IMG/VR virus record: IMGVR_UViG_3300045988_001610
Location: 1 to 6,145 of that record
Reading direction: 5' to 3' (one strand)
From: a virus
Length of the DNA: 6,145 nt
Shown here: in pieces, positions 5,111 to 6,145 of the stretch
How the letters are laid out: each line of letters opens with the position of its first letter
How positions within the stretch are numbered: the stretch's first letter is position 1
Notes under the pieces: model-generated
The model's database searches: none
What the model was told of the DNA's origin: nothing
Seen by the model: the letters and a program-made list of their open reading frames with translations, nothing else
Position numbers and translations under genes: made by a program

Positions 5111-6145
5111 TTAATAAGGTAAACCATCGTAAGACAAATTGCGAGCTACACGGACATCAAAATCACAATTGACAAGCAATTGATCAGTATTCCATGAACC
5201 ATCAGCAACAACACCGAAAATAGGATTGACAACAGACGGATTTATTTTAAACCACGTATAGAAGCCAAAATGCGCACCACCTGGAACATTGTTATTATCA
5301 AAATAAATCTTAAGATAATCCTGTCCAATAGGAGCAGTCCAAGATTTTAAAGTGTCAATAAAAGCACCTCGAACAACATCAACAGACGTTTTCCAACTGA
5401 TATAGCGAGGAACATAACCGAAAGGTCTAGGCTCTTTAATCGGCTGAACATCAGAAGTATTCAATAATGGATAAGATGGGAGTTCTTCAAAACCAATTGA
5501 ATCCAATTCAGGAACAGGCCACGAATCACCATCAACAGTAGTCATGAACTGAAGATCAGGACCCGTTGGGGCATAATCCAACAAAGGAACTGCGTGATAA
5601 ATACACATCAGAATACCATGCTCGGTAGTTTTAAATGTTTCAGGTTTATTTACACGATAACCACCAATACCTTTACCGCGGATAATAGCTTCATCAGAAG
5701 AAAGGTTAGTATTTTCAACAGCGGAAATATCAATCGAACCATCAAAACCACAAATACGAGTAGAACGATGGGAAGTGATCGGATTTGGAGAAACACCAAA
5801 GTGAGCTTTAACCTGTGCAGCATAATTTTGTCCATTCGCCTGAGCAATCTCTTTCCACTTCTGTAAACACTCAGCTGCACGAAGTTGAAGAACATCAAAC
5901 TTAGAAGAAAACTCGTAAGGAACTTGGATAGTCTTAGCATTGGTTTTCAGATTGGCAACAGAGGCATCAGAAACAGCATAAAAATAAGGACGTAAGGCGT
6001 CTGTTTTATTAGCACCATAAGCCGTAACAGTCTGTCCATTCGAAGGAGCACCTTCAATAGCGCCACGAACACCGATCTGAGCATCAGGATGAACACCGCC
6101 AGCACCTGTATTATAAATAGGAGCGACACCACCAACTTCGATAGA
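5111..6145 (-). CDS. VP1: Major capsid protein VP1, C-terminal part (6091-6145 duplicates 1-55)
   Basis: Hand translation from 6145 downward is open with no stop: SIEVGGVAPIYNTGAGGVHPDAQIGVRGAIEGAPSNGQTVTAYGANKTDALRPYFYAVSDASVANLKTNAKTIQVPYEFSSKFDVLQLRAAECLQKW... This runs into the listed 165-aa ORF (MCIYHAVPLLDY...SYDGLPY, stop at 5111-5113). The listed ORF begins at 5608 only because that is the first Met in the frame. The peptide SIEVGGVAPIYNTGAGGV is read from both window ends, which confirms continuity. Confidence 0.95.
   Translation of the reverse strand, partial: SIEVGGVAPIYNTGAGGVHPDAQIGVRGAIEGAPSNGQTVTAYGANKTDALRPYFYAVSDASVANLKTNAKTIQVPYEFSSKFDVLQLRAAECLQKWKEIAQANGQNYAAQVKAHFGVSPNPITSHRSTRICGFDGSIDISAVENTNLSSDEAIIRGKGIGGYRVNKPETFKTTEHGILMCIYHAVPLLDYAPTGPDLQFMTTVDGDSWPVPELDSIGFEELPSYPLLNTSDVQPIKEPRPFGYVPRYISWKTSVDVVRGAFIDTLKSWTAPIGQDYLKIYFDNNNVPGGAHFGFYTWFKINPSVVNPIFGVVADGSWNTDQLLVNCDFDVRVARNLSYDGLPY
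6091..6145. repeat. Terminal direct repeat (copy 2), a circular-contig overlap
   Basis: Exact 55-nt copy of 1-55. It implies a 6090-nt circular unit. Confidence 0.98.

Noticed and set aside
5111-5608. The listed 165-aa ORF treated as a stand-alone gene
   Set aside because: It is only the C-terminal part of VP1. The frame is open upstream all the way to 6145 and, across the circular junction, to the ATG at 859. There is simply no Met codon between 5608 and the window end.
5650-6135. Hydrophobic minus-strand ORFs of 96 and 62 aa inside VP1; the same applies to 3633-3827 and 4377-4562 inside VP2
   Set aside because: All are in the +1 frame of a real gene. Their Leu/Phe/Val/Ile richness is what T-rich third codon positions give when read as second positions, so I treat them as a compositional by-product.
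1-6145. CRISPR arrays, tRNA or rRNA genes, transposase or integrase genes
   Set aside because: No spaced direct repeats, cloverleafs, or recombinase-like ORFs were seen on either strand. The only long exact repeat is the terminal assembly overlap.

Overview
The window appears to be one complete, circularly permuted genome of a small ssDNA phage of the family Microviridae. Bases 1-55 are identical to 6091-6145, so the unit length is 6090 nt. All credible genes are on the minus strand and are tightly packed, with ATGA and TGATG stop/start overlaps. In transcription order they are: major capsid protein VP1 (612 aa, split by the window ends), a 166-aa protein in the scaffold position, pilot/minor capsid protein VP2, a ~440-nt intergenic region, the rolling-circle replication initiator VP4 (HUH and YxxxY motifs), an M15-type zinc peptidase (probable endolysin) and a 69-aa acidic protein. 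The VP1 N-terminus, the genome size and the absence of Shine-Dalgarno sequences suggest an Alpavirinae-like phage of a Bacteroidota host; this rests on recollection and inference, not a search. The most unusual part is the intergenic region. It holds a sharply bounded ~200-nt GC-rich island (~61% G+C next to ~28%) packed with alternative hairpins. The island also carries an intrinsic-terminator-like structure on the otherwise gene-free plus strand, a dif/XerD-arm-like AT-rich palindrome at its edge, and a GTG-initiated 77-aa membrane-like ORF coupled to the VP2 stop. I could not assign the island to any RNA or protein family by eye.
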